64,000 nucleotides of DNA, from contig OZ374559.1 of the NCBI GenBank assembly GCA_977862235.1, positions 1,922,001 through 1,986,000 of the forward strand. The letters run 5' to 3'. The stretch is from Dudresnaya verticillata (Eukaryota). The stretch's first letter is position 1. Each line of letters opens with the position of its first letter. Shown one piece after another: positions 47,964 to 60,487 of this stretch. The notes under the pieces were generated by a model. That model did no database searches and had not been told where the DNA came from. It was given only the letters and a program-made list of their open reading frames with translations. Position numbers and translations under genes: made by a program.

Positions 47964-48666
47964 GGTTTTCTAGTGTAGCTGTAGTAGTAGACATATTGTT
48001 CCTCGCGGCGTAGCTGAAGTAGTAAACTTCCTTGGCAGACTCACATACGCCACGTTTTCTCTGTCGATCGATTGGACGCATCAAGCCCAAGCACCTTTTG
48101 CACGAACACGGCAACGCAATTGAAACGTATCCTTGGCACCCTCTGCATTAAAATAGAAACCGGAAGCTGCTCCGCTTCAAACTTGAAAGAAGCCGCAAGT
48201 TGTCCACCATTTGCAGCCTAGGAGCAAGATAGAGCAGTGACATAGTAATTTTGGGGCTGCATCCTGCGCAGACTCGGAGAATCCTCACGATGTGCCATGG
48301 CGGCCTGAAGCAGCACGAAGGCCGAGTCGGTGCGCGCGGTGTTGACCAAGTGGCGACGGGGCGCCATATGCGCGCGACGGACGCGGGTTTGCCCGCGCAG
48401 CAGCTGCCGCGCAAAGCCGGGAGCGCGCTTCCGCGCGACGCGGACGCGGACGCACCCGGGCGCGCGCGGCCATGGAGCGCCGCGCAGCGCGCCACATCCG
48501 GCGCGGTCGCGAGTCTCTCGGGCTGTAAGACGGCGCAGCGGCGGCGGCCGCGGCGGCTAGCGCGGCGCTCCCGCGGCGTGGCTGGCCGCACCGGCCCCCG
48601 GGCGCTGCGCGCGCGTGCCGGCTTCGGCTGCCGCTGCTTGCGCGGCGCGCGGCGCGGCTTCGGCGA

Positions 48667-48736
48667 GCGCGGCGCGGCGCGGCGCGGCGCGGCGCGGCGC
48701 GGCGCGGCGCGGCGCGGCGCGGCGCGGCGCGGCGCG
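48667..48736. repeat. (GGCGC)n pentanucleotide repeat, about 14 units
   Basis: Direct reading. Confidence 0.95.
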
Positions 48737-48919
48737 CGGAGCGCGGGGAGAGGTCGGAGCGGCTCGCGACGGCGTGACCACGCGGACGGGGTCCGGCGCG
48801 GGCTGGGATTTGCGACGGGCGGGCGGTCGGTGACGAGTGCGGGCGGGCGAGGGAGCGGAGGTGGTGATGACGTTATGGACGATTGCGTTATGCGTTATGT
48901 GCGTGGTGGTGATCTGCGG

Positions 48920-51900
48920 GCTGTGATTGGGGCGGTTGTGTGAGGCGCTGTTCGAGTGGAGGGGCGCTATCGCAATTGGGTGCGGTGCGGGTGTGATTGC
49001 CGAGATATTTTCTTTCGGCGTTTGGGGCACTTGTGGCTATCGGAGAATTTCTTTGAGGCATTATCGACATTGAAGGAGAACATAATGTTGATGCTAACCT
49101 CCGCAATAAACAATGTATCGAACAGATCCGGCCTCATCTTGATGTACACAATTTAAACAATTCACCGACTCAGAGTCTGAGGAGTCACACAGCTGTGGAT
49201 ATATCGAGTACTGTATAGTCTCACAATTAGCTCCGCAGCAGCTACTCATAAAGGGTTTAGATAAATCTGTAACGTGGTTTATTACCAGTTGTTTCTTATG
49301 AATATGTTCTCCGCAGCTTGGTTTCGGGTTTTTGTTGACAGTATATCAGCGCTCCCATCAAGAAGACATAACGTGTTCTCCAGATGCAAATCGTTGCAGA
49401 GACCGACTACTCAAGTACTTTCGATATCTTACAAAATGGCTACACTCTACGCTGCAAACTATCAGACATCTCACGATACACACAGTATAGCGTGACACAA
49501 GGGGTGTTCCAAGTGCACCATTTTTGACCGCAGGCCCAGCACGAAATAACATGCTGGTGATACGGAGATGCGATATTGTCACAAGCACACTTCCGGTCAG
49601 ACCGTGCCAAGCCGAGCCCAAGCCCCTGCATCTACCATCTGTAGACTACTCCCCAGCTTCGCACGTGCACACACCCGCGAGACTCGATCCCACGACCTCC
49701 ATGGTGGACCAAGCAAAAAGAAACCATTTAGCTATTGCCGCTTCAGTGTGGCTTTGCTTGGTGTAGCGCTGTGATGCTCCCTACTTAAGATCCTATTTCA
49801 GTAGGTATCTACACATCCACGTAAGTACTAATGTTACTAATGTATTGCACCATTCACACCACTGCATTCAAACACGAATGCCCTTTCTCGATATTCTCTG
49901 CTGCAACCCCAGTCCGATATTTATTAACATCTACTGTTGCTTCTCACACCAATTGACACTCAAACTACCGATACTGCACCCAATCCACATCATTACTTGA
50001 TCCGCTCACTTGCCTCTCCAGAAGCCTTCTCAAGTACTCATAGTCTGGACGAGTTGAAAACGTCAACCCCTGGAGATATTCAAAGTAAGAATTCATCCAA
50101 GGCAACTTGACGCGAATACGATGCAATGACCTCTGCTTCAACACAACAACTTGATTCAGTACTTCCGGATCAACACTGGCCGAATACTGGTCCCAAGCAA
50201 GCTCCCCGCAAACAAGTTCCCACAACACATACCCAAGAGACTCCAGATCGCTTGCTCGCGACTGGTGTTCCATTCTGTGCGCTGCCATGGATGCATAACG
50301 GGGTGTGGTCACGATGGACCCCACCTTTCCGGCGGGCGGATTATCCCAAGACGCATATCTTCGGGACAACCCGAAATCTGACAAATACACCCGCCCTGAG
50401 CCTCTGGAGTCGGTCAGAAAGTTTCCGGGCTTCACATCGCGATGCACAAACCCATTGTTGTGAAACCTCTCCAGGGCCGTCAGCGCTCTGACTGCAAACC
50501 GTACCACACCGGTGAGCGTAAAACGAAAATGGAACTTCTGAAACTGCTCTTCCACCGAAGGACCCAAACAATTCATCACGATTACCCCATACTCGTTGTT
50601 GAGCTGCAGGGCTTGTTCTGGCGTGGGCATGAAAGCATCGTTGGGATCTTGGTTTGGAAATGCACTGTACACCTGCGTTTCAGTCCGGAAGCCATGCTCC
50701 CTTCCTTCGACGAGGAGTCCTATCTTCAAAGCCACAATGTGGTTGTCGTCGTATGTATCTTCTGCCTGATACACTGCTCCATACCCACCCTCTCCAAGCA
50801 ATTTCGTCACCCGCCAGCGGTTAACGATGATGAAACTGGGGGAAGGGAAACGCTTATCCCTTGGTCGTTTCGGTGGCGAGGGCAAGCGACCCTGAAGCTC
50901 TTGTAGTTCGGCTTTGGTCTTTTCGTACCAGTGTACAATGATGTCTCGCTGGTCTGACAGCAATCTGACCTCGCCTTGGAGGTTTATGATGGTATGGTCC
51001 CCCTCGGTCTGGCTGGACTGCAGAGCATTGACCCTGTTCCTCAGCAAAGTTGTATCAGAATAGAATCGCTCTGTGATACCGTCTCGCTCGGTTTTCAGAG
51101 CCGATACCATGTTCTCCATGGTTTGAACCGTTAGACTATGCTCGAGGAAGTTGTTAGTCAGGGACACATTTTTGTCTTCGAGGGAATGACTTTCCTCCAA
51201 AAGTTCCTCATAGAGGAGAGACAAATCCGCATTTCTCCTGCTCAACTCAGTGTTCTGAGCTTCGAGCTTAGAAATGCGATCTTCAGCGTGTTTTTTCTCC
51301 CCCAACAAGTAGCTTATCTCATGGGATTGGCCATGGAGGCCTTTTTCCTGCCTGGGAACCTCATCACTCAGAGTAATGACCTCGGATATCGTAGCAGTCT
51401 GCCCATGGATCAGCGCCTTATTCTTCTCATTAGACTCGTTGAGCTTCTCCTTGAGTTCACTGCATGTATTTGGCAGGTTTGCTCCATGGCCGCCCAAACC
51501 GTGCGCGCTCTCTCGACCTACTCCTGAGGCACCTGATGACCTCGGTATTTCTAACGTCAAGTGCCTTCGAGGCATCCCACTCCTTCGTCAGTTGGGACAC
51601 AATGCCCTTCAAAGCATTGATCTCACCGCGAAGCCTGGTGTTGGTAGATTTCTCGAATGTGACTGACTCCTTGGTAACAAGTGCTTCAGACTCCTTCTGA
51701 ATGATCTTGTTCTTAAGAGAGGTGGTTTCTTCAGCCTGACTCTTGCAAATATCGACGTACGTCGGACGTCGACGCCAGGTAGGGAGCTGGATGCGCATGG
51801 TAATGACTTTTACAGGCTGTTAGAATTGCTGATTTATGCTGTGTTTTTAGTGGCAGATGTTGTACTTGCGTGAGAGTGAGAGCACTTCTGGGGGTAGGAG

Positions 51901-52469
51901 TCCGAGGGAAGAGGTGGAAAGGTATCGATGGAAAACGGTGCGGGTAGGCAAGGGTGGGCTGCCTGTTTCCTGGGGGAAATCGTGACTGAAATAGATCCCG
52001 TTTTGGCGCGCCAGTGATGCAGCCCGGCACTTCGTCGAGCCGGCAAAGACGTACACTGTACACAACACCGAACATTTCGGCATCGATGTCCGAAATGTTA
52101 GGTGTACGATGACACGCTGTACAGTGCATCTGTCCAGTGTGGAGTTGTCCTATGTCCTGACACTGCCCCGAACGCAGCATCCAGCAGCTTGCATGCGTCT
52201 TTATGTGTGCTGTACTTGCTCTATTGTCCCGGCTAGGACTTTTTGGCGCACTTAACCCAACTGTAAGAAGATAGCCCTCGAGAGCGATTCATTGGATGTT
52301 TCCAATTTCCTACCGACTTGTACAGTTGGCTCTCCCCAACGCATATAAAAAGCGCATATGCCTCTAGCAAACGATTCATTGGGCGTTTGCAATTCGGGCA
52401 TGCGAGTCCATGTTGGCCCAAAGCACTGGTATTCCCAATCGATAGAGTAAAATTTCTGCTGTAGGTCAC
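48920..52469 (-). repeat. Left arm of large inverted duplication
   Basis: Reverse complement of about 55222-58810; outer limit approximate. Confidence 0.92.
49965..51798 (-). pseudogene. Coiled-coil + CK1-like kinase, frameshifted copy (a 536-aa frame with intact kinase domain remains open from ATG 51575)
   Basis: 1834 nt versus 1845 nt for the + copy; net 11-nt deletion near 51512 splits it into 113-aa and 536-aa ORFs. Confidence 0.8.
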
Positions 52470-52756
52470 AAAGGCCCCCCAAGCTCCCCGACAACACACA
52501 AGGGTGTCCGACCCCTCAGCCAAGCCCCCCATTCCCTCTCCCACCCGGAGCCACGCAACGTGGAGCTCTGCGATATCATCGATACCATCTCATCCATACG
52601 GGAAATCTGCAGCAACGTGTACCCGCCCCCTGGGCTGCCCACCCTATCCCCTCACTCCACCAGAACCAACTGAGCCTGCCGACGTTGCGTGGGTGATTCC
52701 AGTACCTTTAGAACCTTCAACCACTTTCTTCGCAGTTGTTAAGCGCTGACTGCGCA

Positions 52757-53265
52757 TCATGCGTTTCCATTTGTTGCGTTTGCCTCACACGCAGATCTAG
52801 CACCATGAATGGCTTCACTTACAAGCTGTTCATCCCAGAACGTGGCATTTATCTTCAAAAAGATCAAAGCTTGAAGAAGTTGGGGTCCTTGACCGTCTAT
52901 TCTCGGATAAAAAGTTAAAATGCTCCATAGTCGTTCAATTTCTGCAACTGGCCCAAGCATAAAGTCGCCATTGATATAGTTAACTGGATGCGGTCTACTA
53001 CGTATCATCAATACTATCGATAATATCGATTACTCTGAAGCAACAGTGCGCGAAAATAGCAACAAGTAAGAAAAATAGCAACAAGAATTGCACCATGTCC
53101 CCAAATCGCAATAAGTATTGCAAGATATCCCCAAATAGCAATAGGGTATTGTAATATGCAGAAAACATCCAATAGGTATTGCATATTGCAAGTCGAGTTT
53201 CTATATAGAGTTTTTATTGCATATTGTAATACATTGCAATGGCAATACGTTGGGGCAAAGCCCTG
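52757..53265 (-). mobile_element. Internally deleted hAT-like DNA transposon remnant
   Basis: FMLGPVAEIERLWS...LLQALIFLKINATFWD resembles the hAT C-terminal dimerisation region; candidate terminus CAGGGCTTTGCCCC (minus strand, from 53265) followed by many GCAATA/TATTGC subterminal motifs. Confidence 0.55.
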
Positions 53266-54049
53266 TGTCGAGCATAGAAACTTGTGAAGAAGGGTCAGAG
53301 GACCCCTTTTACTTCGTTACTCGACTTCCACGTGCCCCCGCAGTTGATATCATCAGTATCCGATCCAATGGAGACATGCCGACCGTGCAATATGTGCAAA
53401 GAAAGGGAAGGGGAGGATCCGGACTGCTCTGTGGCAAATGGTGAGGAGTGGTGCCGAACTTCTACTTCTGAAATTCAAAAGGAAAGAAATAGCCAAGAGC
53501 AGCGAGCTCAGCAGAGCGTCCCACGCAATGTCAGCCTGAAGGAGAATACCGCGAGCACCGAGCTCAGCCGAGCATCTCATTGCTGGATATTGTCATTAGT
53601 CTAATCTACTCCCTCGTGGGATATTGTTGGCAATGACATCAGTAGTCCACAAACGTCTATTCAGTCACAGCACTACTGCATTCTTCTCCCGAACGCTAAA
53701 AATTGAGCGAAGTACTACACTTATTGAGAAAGTCACCGGAAGCAGAGGGGCTTCCCGCGGTAATGAAGTTGATCCATTCTCCCTCCCGCCCGCCCGCACA
53801 TTTACTCGTCCATTCAAGGTCATCCCTCCTTAATCAAATTTCCAATACACCACAGGTATTGAGTAGAGAAAGTGAATAGTATACCATCGTAAACTCTTTA
53901 TTTCCTTTTTCACGGAGGAGACGTATTTGCGGTTCAAGCAACTCCTCCATTTGTCTGTTCTTTCTCCCGCTGACACAATGGAATTTATCGACAGTTTTGC
54001 GTGGGGCCAGATTGCGTCTACATGTAAAATTTATTCTCCCATAGAGTCT

Positions 54050-54540
54050 AATATTACGCAGAACACGAGACAGCATTTGTCAGCTCTGCTTCAATCGGGA
54101 GAACATTTTTATGCCTACCATCCCAATATCGACAATACTCTATCTCGTAAAGCTTTGTAGGGTAGCTTCTTTATAGGCTCATTTCGAATGAGACTCGGGC
54201 TACAAACCTGGTGGCAAAATGAAACTAACCCCGACTACTGACCTTCCATTAATATATTGTATAATGAGATATTAAAATATTAATACCCCAAAGCTCCAGC
54301 TACATGCAACGTCTCAGAGCCTAGAGGCACAGTATCTAGAATGTACAGTTTTATCCTGGAAAATACGAGAGTTTCTATCTGTCCGAAGTCATCCAAGGGA
54401 AACGTCGAATACCTGGGCTGTACAATGTTGTGTGTGAAGATCTGCGGGCTCTCGGCTTCAGATCCAACATGCGCTATGTTTACACACTAGCAATCAATAC
54501 TATTTATTAGATATTTAGGAAAGTTAGTGAACTCTGGCCA
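54050..54540 (+). mobile_element. Possible highly degenerate Ty3/gypsy reverse transcriptase remnant
   Basis: Fragmentary motifs in the expected order across frames (AYHPNID, APAT, VEYLG); many stops. Confidence 0.3.
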
Positions 54541-55221
54541 GGATGTTACACAGGGTCTCGAGGTGCGCATTTCTCACGTGTAGTGAGGGCCAGTTTTCTG
54601 GTTGTCCTATTGGCCCTAGTTCCGTTTTGCCACTTCAAAGGCTAGTAATTTTTGTACTGTGTAAAGTATCCTGTTTCCTGTTTCGATTGTTATGTTGTAT
54701 TTTTTAGCCTTTAACGGGCTCAGTTGTGCGGGTGACTTAAAGGCCCATCCGCAAATACACGCTCTGCCATCTAGGTATATATCTGATCGTGCATCCAATA
54801 TCGTCTTTGAAGGTTTATTGTTCCTTCCACAACAATTATTTTGTCAGCCATATTTGATCACCTGGCCTACTGCTATAAAAATACTGGAGAGGGGGAGCGA
54901 CCCCTAATAAATAAGCAAAAGTGGAACTGTGTCAATAAATACCATCGCTGCGCCGAACAGGAAACGATATCGAACCGCGTAACTACGGAGGCTTGAACTT
55001 GCGATCATTCATGCTGTGATGGGTGTGGTGATTCGAGATCCTTTTCCGGTCGCTGTAGCAAAGGGTTGTAAGCAGGGTAGAGGCTCGTATGCGAATGGAA
55101 AGCAAAAGGTAGAGGCACTGCAACGGTGGTCGGTCTGCGGTTCATCTCCAGTACTCTCTGCGACCCCCAGACCTTCCGCCTTTGTGTTGTTGTATTTTAT
55201 TTGTTGTTTAACGTGGTTTTC

Positions 55222-58200
55222 GTGACCTACAGCAGAAAATTTACACTATCCACCGGGAATACCAGTGCCTTGGGCCAACATGGACTCACATGCCCGAGTT
55301 GGAAACGTCCAATGAATCGCTCGTTAGAGGCATATGCGATTTTGATATGCGTTGAGGAGGGCCAACTGTACAAGCCGGGAAGGAATTGGAAACATCCAAT
55401 GAATCGCTCTCGAGGGCTATCTTCTTACAGTTGGGTTAAGAGCGCCAATAATTCCTAGCCGGGAAAATGGAGAAGTACAGCCATATTAAGACGCATGCAA
55501 GCTGCTGGGTGTTGCGTTCGCGGCAGTGTGATGATAACTCCACTCTGGACATATGCACTGTACAGCACGTCATTGTACACCTAAAAATTCGGACATCGAT
55601 GCCGAAATGTTCGGTGTTGTGTACGGTGTACGTTTTTGCCGGCTCGACGAAGTGCCGGGCTACATCACTGGCGCGAAAACGGGATCTACTTGAGCCACAA
55701 CTTCCCCCAGGGAACAGGCAGCCCACCCTTACCTACCCGCACTGTTTTCCATCGATACCTTTCCACCTCTTCCCCCGGACTCCTACCCCCAGAAGTGCTC
55801 TCACTCTCACGCAAGTACAACATCTGCCACTAAAAGCACAGCATAAAGCAGCAATCGTAACAGCCTGTAAAAGCCATTACCATGCGCATCCAACTCCCTA
55901 CCTGGCGTCGACGTCCGACGTACGTCGATGTTTGCAAGAGTCAGGCTGAAGAAATCACCTCTCTTAAGAACAAGATCATTCAGAAGGAGTCTGAAGCACT
56001 TGTTACCAAGGAGTCAGTCACAGTCGAGAAATCTACCAACACCAAGCTTCGCGGTGAGATCAATGCTTTGACGGGACTTGTGTCCCAACTGACGAAGGAG
56101 CGGGATGCCTCGAAGGCACTTGACGTTAGAAATACCGAGGTCATCAGGTGCCTCAGGAGTAGGTCGAGCCGAGCAGAGAGGAGCGCGCACGGTTTGGGTG
56201 GCCATGTAGCAAGTCTGTCAAATACATGCCGTGAACTCAAGGAGAAGCTCAACAAATCTGACAAAAAGAATAAGGTGCTGAGCCATGAGAAGACTGCTAC
56301 GATATCCGAGGTCATTACGCTGAGTGATGAGGTTGCCAGGCTGGAAAAAGGCCTCCATGGCCAATCCCATGAGATAAGCTACTTGTTGGGGGAGAAAAAA
56401 CACGCTGAAGATCGCATTTCTAAGCTCGAAGCTCAGAACACTGAGTTGAGCAGGAGAAATGCGGATTTGTCTCTCCTCTATGAGGAACTTTTGGAGGAAA
56501 GTCATTCCCTCGAAGACAAAAATGTGTCCCTGACTAACAACTTCCTCGAGCATAGTCTAACGGTTCAAACCATGGAGAACATGGTATCGGCTCTGAAAAC
56601 CGAGCGAGACGGTATCACAGAGCGATTCTATTCTGATACAACTTTGCTGAGGAACAGGGTCAATGCTCTGCAGTCCAGCCAGACCGAGGGGGACCATACC
56701 ATCATAAACCTCCAAGGCGAGGTCAGATTGCTGTCAGACCAGCGAGACATCATTGTACACTGGTACGAAAAGACCAAAGCCGAACTACAAGAGCTTCAGG
56801 GTCGCTTGCCCTCGCCACCGAAACGACCAAGGGATAAGCGTTTCCCTTCCCCCAGTTTCATCATCGTTAACCGCTGGCGGGTGACGAAACTGCTTGGAGA
56901 GGGTGGGTATGGAGCAGTGTATCAGGCAGAAGATACATACGACAACAACCGCATTGTGGCTTTGAAGATAGAACTCCTCGTCGAAGGAAGGGAACATGGC
57001 TTCCGGACTGAAATGCAGGTGTACAGTGCATTTCCAAACCAAGATCCCAACGATGCTTTCATGCCCACGCCAGAACAAGCCCTGCAGCTCAACAATGAGT
57101 ATGGGGTAATCGTGATGAATTGTTTGGGTCCTTCGGTGGAAGAGCAGTTTCAGAAGTTCCATTTTCGTTTTACGCTCACCGGTGTGGTACGGTTTGCAGT
57201 CAGAGCGCTGACGGCCCTGGAGAGGTTTCACAACAATGGGTTTGTGCATCGCGATGTGAAGCCCGGAAACTTTCTGACCGACTCCAGAGGCTCAGGGCGG
57301 GTGTATTTGTCAGATTTCGGGTTGTCCCGAAGATATGCGTCTTGGGATAATCCGCCCGCCGGAAAGGTGGGGTCCATCGTGACCACACCCCGTTATGCAT
57401 CCATGGCAGCGCACAGAATGGAACACCAGTCGCGAGCAAGCGATCTGGAGTCTCTTGGGTATGTGTTGTGGGAACTTGTTTGCGGGGAGCTTGCTTGGGA
57501 CCAGTATTCGGCCAGTGTTGATCCGGAAGTACTGAATCAAGTTGTTGTGTTGAAGCAGAGGTCATTGCATCGTATTCGCGTCAAGTTGCCTTGGATGAAT
57601 TCTTACTTTGAATATCTCCAGGGGTTGACGTTTTCAACTCGTCCAGACTATGAGTACTTGAGAAGGCTTCTGGAGAGGCAAGTGAGCGGATCAAGTAATG
57701 ATGTGGATTGGGTGCAGTATCGGTAGTTTGAGTGTCAATTGGTGTGAGAAGCAACAGTAGATGTTAATAAATATCGGACTGGGGTTGCAGCAGAGAATAT
57801 CGAGAAAGGGCATTCGTGTTTGAATGCAGTGGTGTGAATGGTGCAATACATTAGTAACATTAGTACTTACGTGGATGTGTAGATACCTACTGAAATAGGA
57901 TCTTAAGTAGGGAGCATCACAGCGCTACACCAAGCAAAGCCACACTGAAGCGGCAATAGCTAAATGGTTTCTTTTTGCTTGGTCCACCATGGAGGTCGTG
58001 GGATCGAGTCTCGCGGGTGTGTGCACGTGCGAAGCTGGGGAGTAGTCTACAGATGGTAGATGCAGGGGCTTGGGCTCGGCTTGGCACGGTCTGAACGGAA
58101 GTGTGCTTGTGACAATATCACATTTCCTTATCAATGAGGACAGCTGTGTCTGCAGCAGAAACACTAGCATGTTATTTCGTGCTGGACCTGCGGTCAAAAA

Positions 58201-58810
58201 TGATGCACTAGCAAGACCCCCGAGTAAGTCACACTATACCGTGTGTACCGTGAGATATCTGATAGTTTGCAGCGTAGCTTGACGCCATTCTGTAAAATAT
58301 GAAAAGTACTTGAGTAGTTGGTCTCTACAACGATTGGTATCTGGAGAACATGCTATGTCTTCTTGATGGGAGCACTGATAAACTGTCAACAAGAAGAAAG
58401 CTGGGGAGAACAGATTCATAACAAACAACTTGTCGACCACATTAGATATTTATCTAACCCCTTTATGAGTAGCTGCTGTGCCGCTAAAATGCGAGACTAT
58501 ACAGTACTCGATATATCCACAGCTGTGTGACTCCTTACAACCTGAATCGGCGAGCTGTTTACATTGTGTAGATCAAGATGAGGCCGGGATCTGTTCAATA
58601 TATTGTTTATTGCGGAGGATAGCATCAACATTATGTTCTCCTTCAATGTCGTTAATACCTCCCCACCTGCCCCTAGCGCAAAGGAAAGAAATTCACCGAT
58701 TGGCACAAGTGCACCAAACGCCGAAAAGAAAATATCTCGGCAATCAGATCCAGATCACTCCAAATCGCGACTCGAATAGAAACTCACACATCCGCCCGAT
58801 CGCCCGAAAT
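55222..58810 (+). repeat. Right arm of large inverted duplication
   Basis: Reverse complement of about 48920-52469. Confidence 0.92.
55882..57726 (+). CDS. Coiled-coil + casein kinase 1-superfamily Ser/Thr kinase, 614 aa
   Basis: GEGGYG, VALK, LGPS, HRDVKPGN, DFG, TPRYAS, DLESLGY, RPDY; heptad-rich N-terminal about 310 aa. Confidence 0.93.
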   Translation: MRIQLPTWRRRPTYVDVCKSQAEEITSLKNKIIQKESEALVTKESVTVEKSTNTKLRGEINALTGLVSQLTKERDASKALDVRNTEVIRCLRSRSSRAERSAHGLGGHVASLSNTCRELKEKLNKSDKKNKVLSHEKTATISEVITLSDEVARLEKGLHGQSHEISYLLGEKKHAEDRISKLEAQNTELSRRNADLSLLYEELLEESHSLEDKNVSLTNNFLEHSLTVQTMENMVSALKTERDGITERFYSDTTLLRNRVNALQSSQTEGDHTIINLQGEVRLLSDQRDIIVHWYEKTKAELQELQGRLPSPPKRPRDKRFPSPSFIIVNRWRVTKLLGEGGYGAVYQAEDTYDNNRIVALKIELLVEGREHGFRTEMQVYSAFPNQDPNDAFMPTPEQALQLNNEYGVIVMNCLGPSVEEQFQKFHFRFTLTGVVRFAVRALTALERFHNNGFVHRDVKPGNFLTDSRGSGRVYLSDFGLSRRYASWDNPPAGKVGSIVTTPRYASMAAHRMEHQSRASDLESLGYVLWELVCGELAWDQYSASVDPEVLNQVVVLKQRSLHRIRVKLPWMNSYFEYLQGLTFSTRPDYEYLRRLLERQVSGSSNDVDWVQYR

Positions 58811-60487
58811 ATCGCGCCAACAGCAGTAGAATTGTATATTGCAATACGTACATTATCTATTTTAGCAGGCATAATACAAAACTCTGTTTCAGAATACATT
58901 ACAATAGCAATACTCTATTTGATTATTGCCTAGTATTTTGCCATACTGATTGTGGAGACGCTCTTTGTTGCAGTATTATTTTTTATTGCGAACTGACGAA
59001 AAAAGGCTGCAACAACATGCGAAAAAGCCCTGGTTCTACTTGATAAAGTGAGTTGCCCCAAAAGTAGCCATATGTAGACTCCAGTCTCACTCTGACGCAC
59101 CCTGGCTTGAATTAACCGAGGAGGTTAATGCGAAGGAGAGTGAGGACTGACGAGACACTGCTCTATGCACAGCTGCCTTCAAGCAAATTACGTGGATGTC
59201 GCCGGCAGATGTTTAGAGATAGAGAGTACTGTGGAACAGTATAGAAGGGAACGGTTCCTGTTACCGAATGTAGCACGGTACCGAACTATACATTTATCCT
59301 TTACCCTCTTTTTACTTACCAAATATCCTTCAATGCGGGGCTGCCGGTACCGCGGGCATAGTCCGTGTGTCCAAACGTGTACACATAGTTACCACTACTT
59401 GTTCAGATACTTTAACGGCCTTTTATTGCTCAACAGCGTGGCGGAGTATGAACTCACGAATCCGCCCAGGGAACACGTGAATCGATTGCTACTCCGAATC
59501 AGATCGAACTCCAGACAACTGCGAGAAACTTTTCACCGGGATTGCCCGTTATACTTGCACTAGAAAGCGTACCAATAAAAAAAGAAAACTTTTAAGGCCG
59601 TGGGCATTGGGAACACTAGACATCTACTGCTGAACAGCTTGAGCTGAGCGGCGTCCAAATCCGCCGGTGCCGACAAGGGGACGCCGCCGGCGACTTCAAA
59701 GTCAGAGGAGAAGTGTTCCTGGGCAAGACGTTTCTCCGCAATCAGACTGGGCGTGAGTTCTGCATCTTCTGCGACTTGGGGCACCGGATGGGACGGAAGC
59801 GCAGGCTGACGGTTTGAGGGGCCGGCCATGGCGGGACTTTGGTGTTCCGAGTGGAGAACGTTGGAAGAAGGGGGCTTCAAGTGCGAATGCGGGTGTGGTA
59901 GGGGTAGGATGGTGCTAGGTTGGAGTAGTGTGGAGCGGCGGGAGCGGCGGGGCCAACAATCCGCAGGTAGAAAGAGATGGAGACTCAGTTGAGTTGATTG
60001 ATCACGCGAGACATTGCACTTGCAAAGGCACTTGCAATGTGGCCTTGTACGGGTGACGAATGGCCCATACGCAAGCACACTGGCAGGGAGCGCGCAATGC
60101 GCTGTCTGACAAGAGTTCTTCAAAAGTTCAGCGAAGTGGTTGCTTCAAGCCTTTCCAGTTTCATCATCCCGCCGCTCGTATGCAACACGCGTTGGCAGCC
60201 CAAGCCGCCGTTGCACAACAGCTCCGCCGAACCGGCACCCGCCTCCTGCCGAAATCCAGCAATCGCGGCTCTCGCCACATTTGGGCCAATGGGAACAACA
60301 CCCTCATACCATTGTCACGCGTCACGCATTACGCGCCTCGCTGCCAGCGACCCTCAAGGCTCGTGCGGAGACTAAGGAGTTTCGCTTTACTCGTGTAGTC
60401 TCCTTAGGATAGCACACTTCCTTCGCCTCCCTTCGCCAGCCATCATCCCCCGTCCGCAACAGACCACCAAACAGTCTTCTACCCACC

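Noticed and set aside
48251..48943. 230-aa ORF over the (GGCGC)n repeat
   Set aside because: TTG start and translation dominated by the microsatellite.
59300..59829. Minus-strand ORF fragment, possibly a decayed Mutator/FAR1-like N-terminus
   Set aside because: Interrupted by stops and similarity too vague to call without a search.
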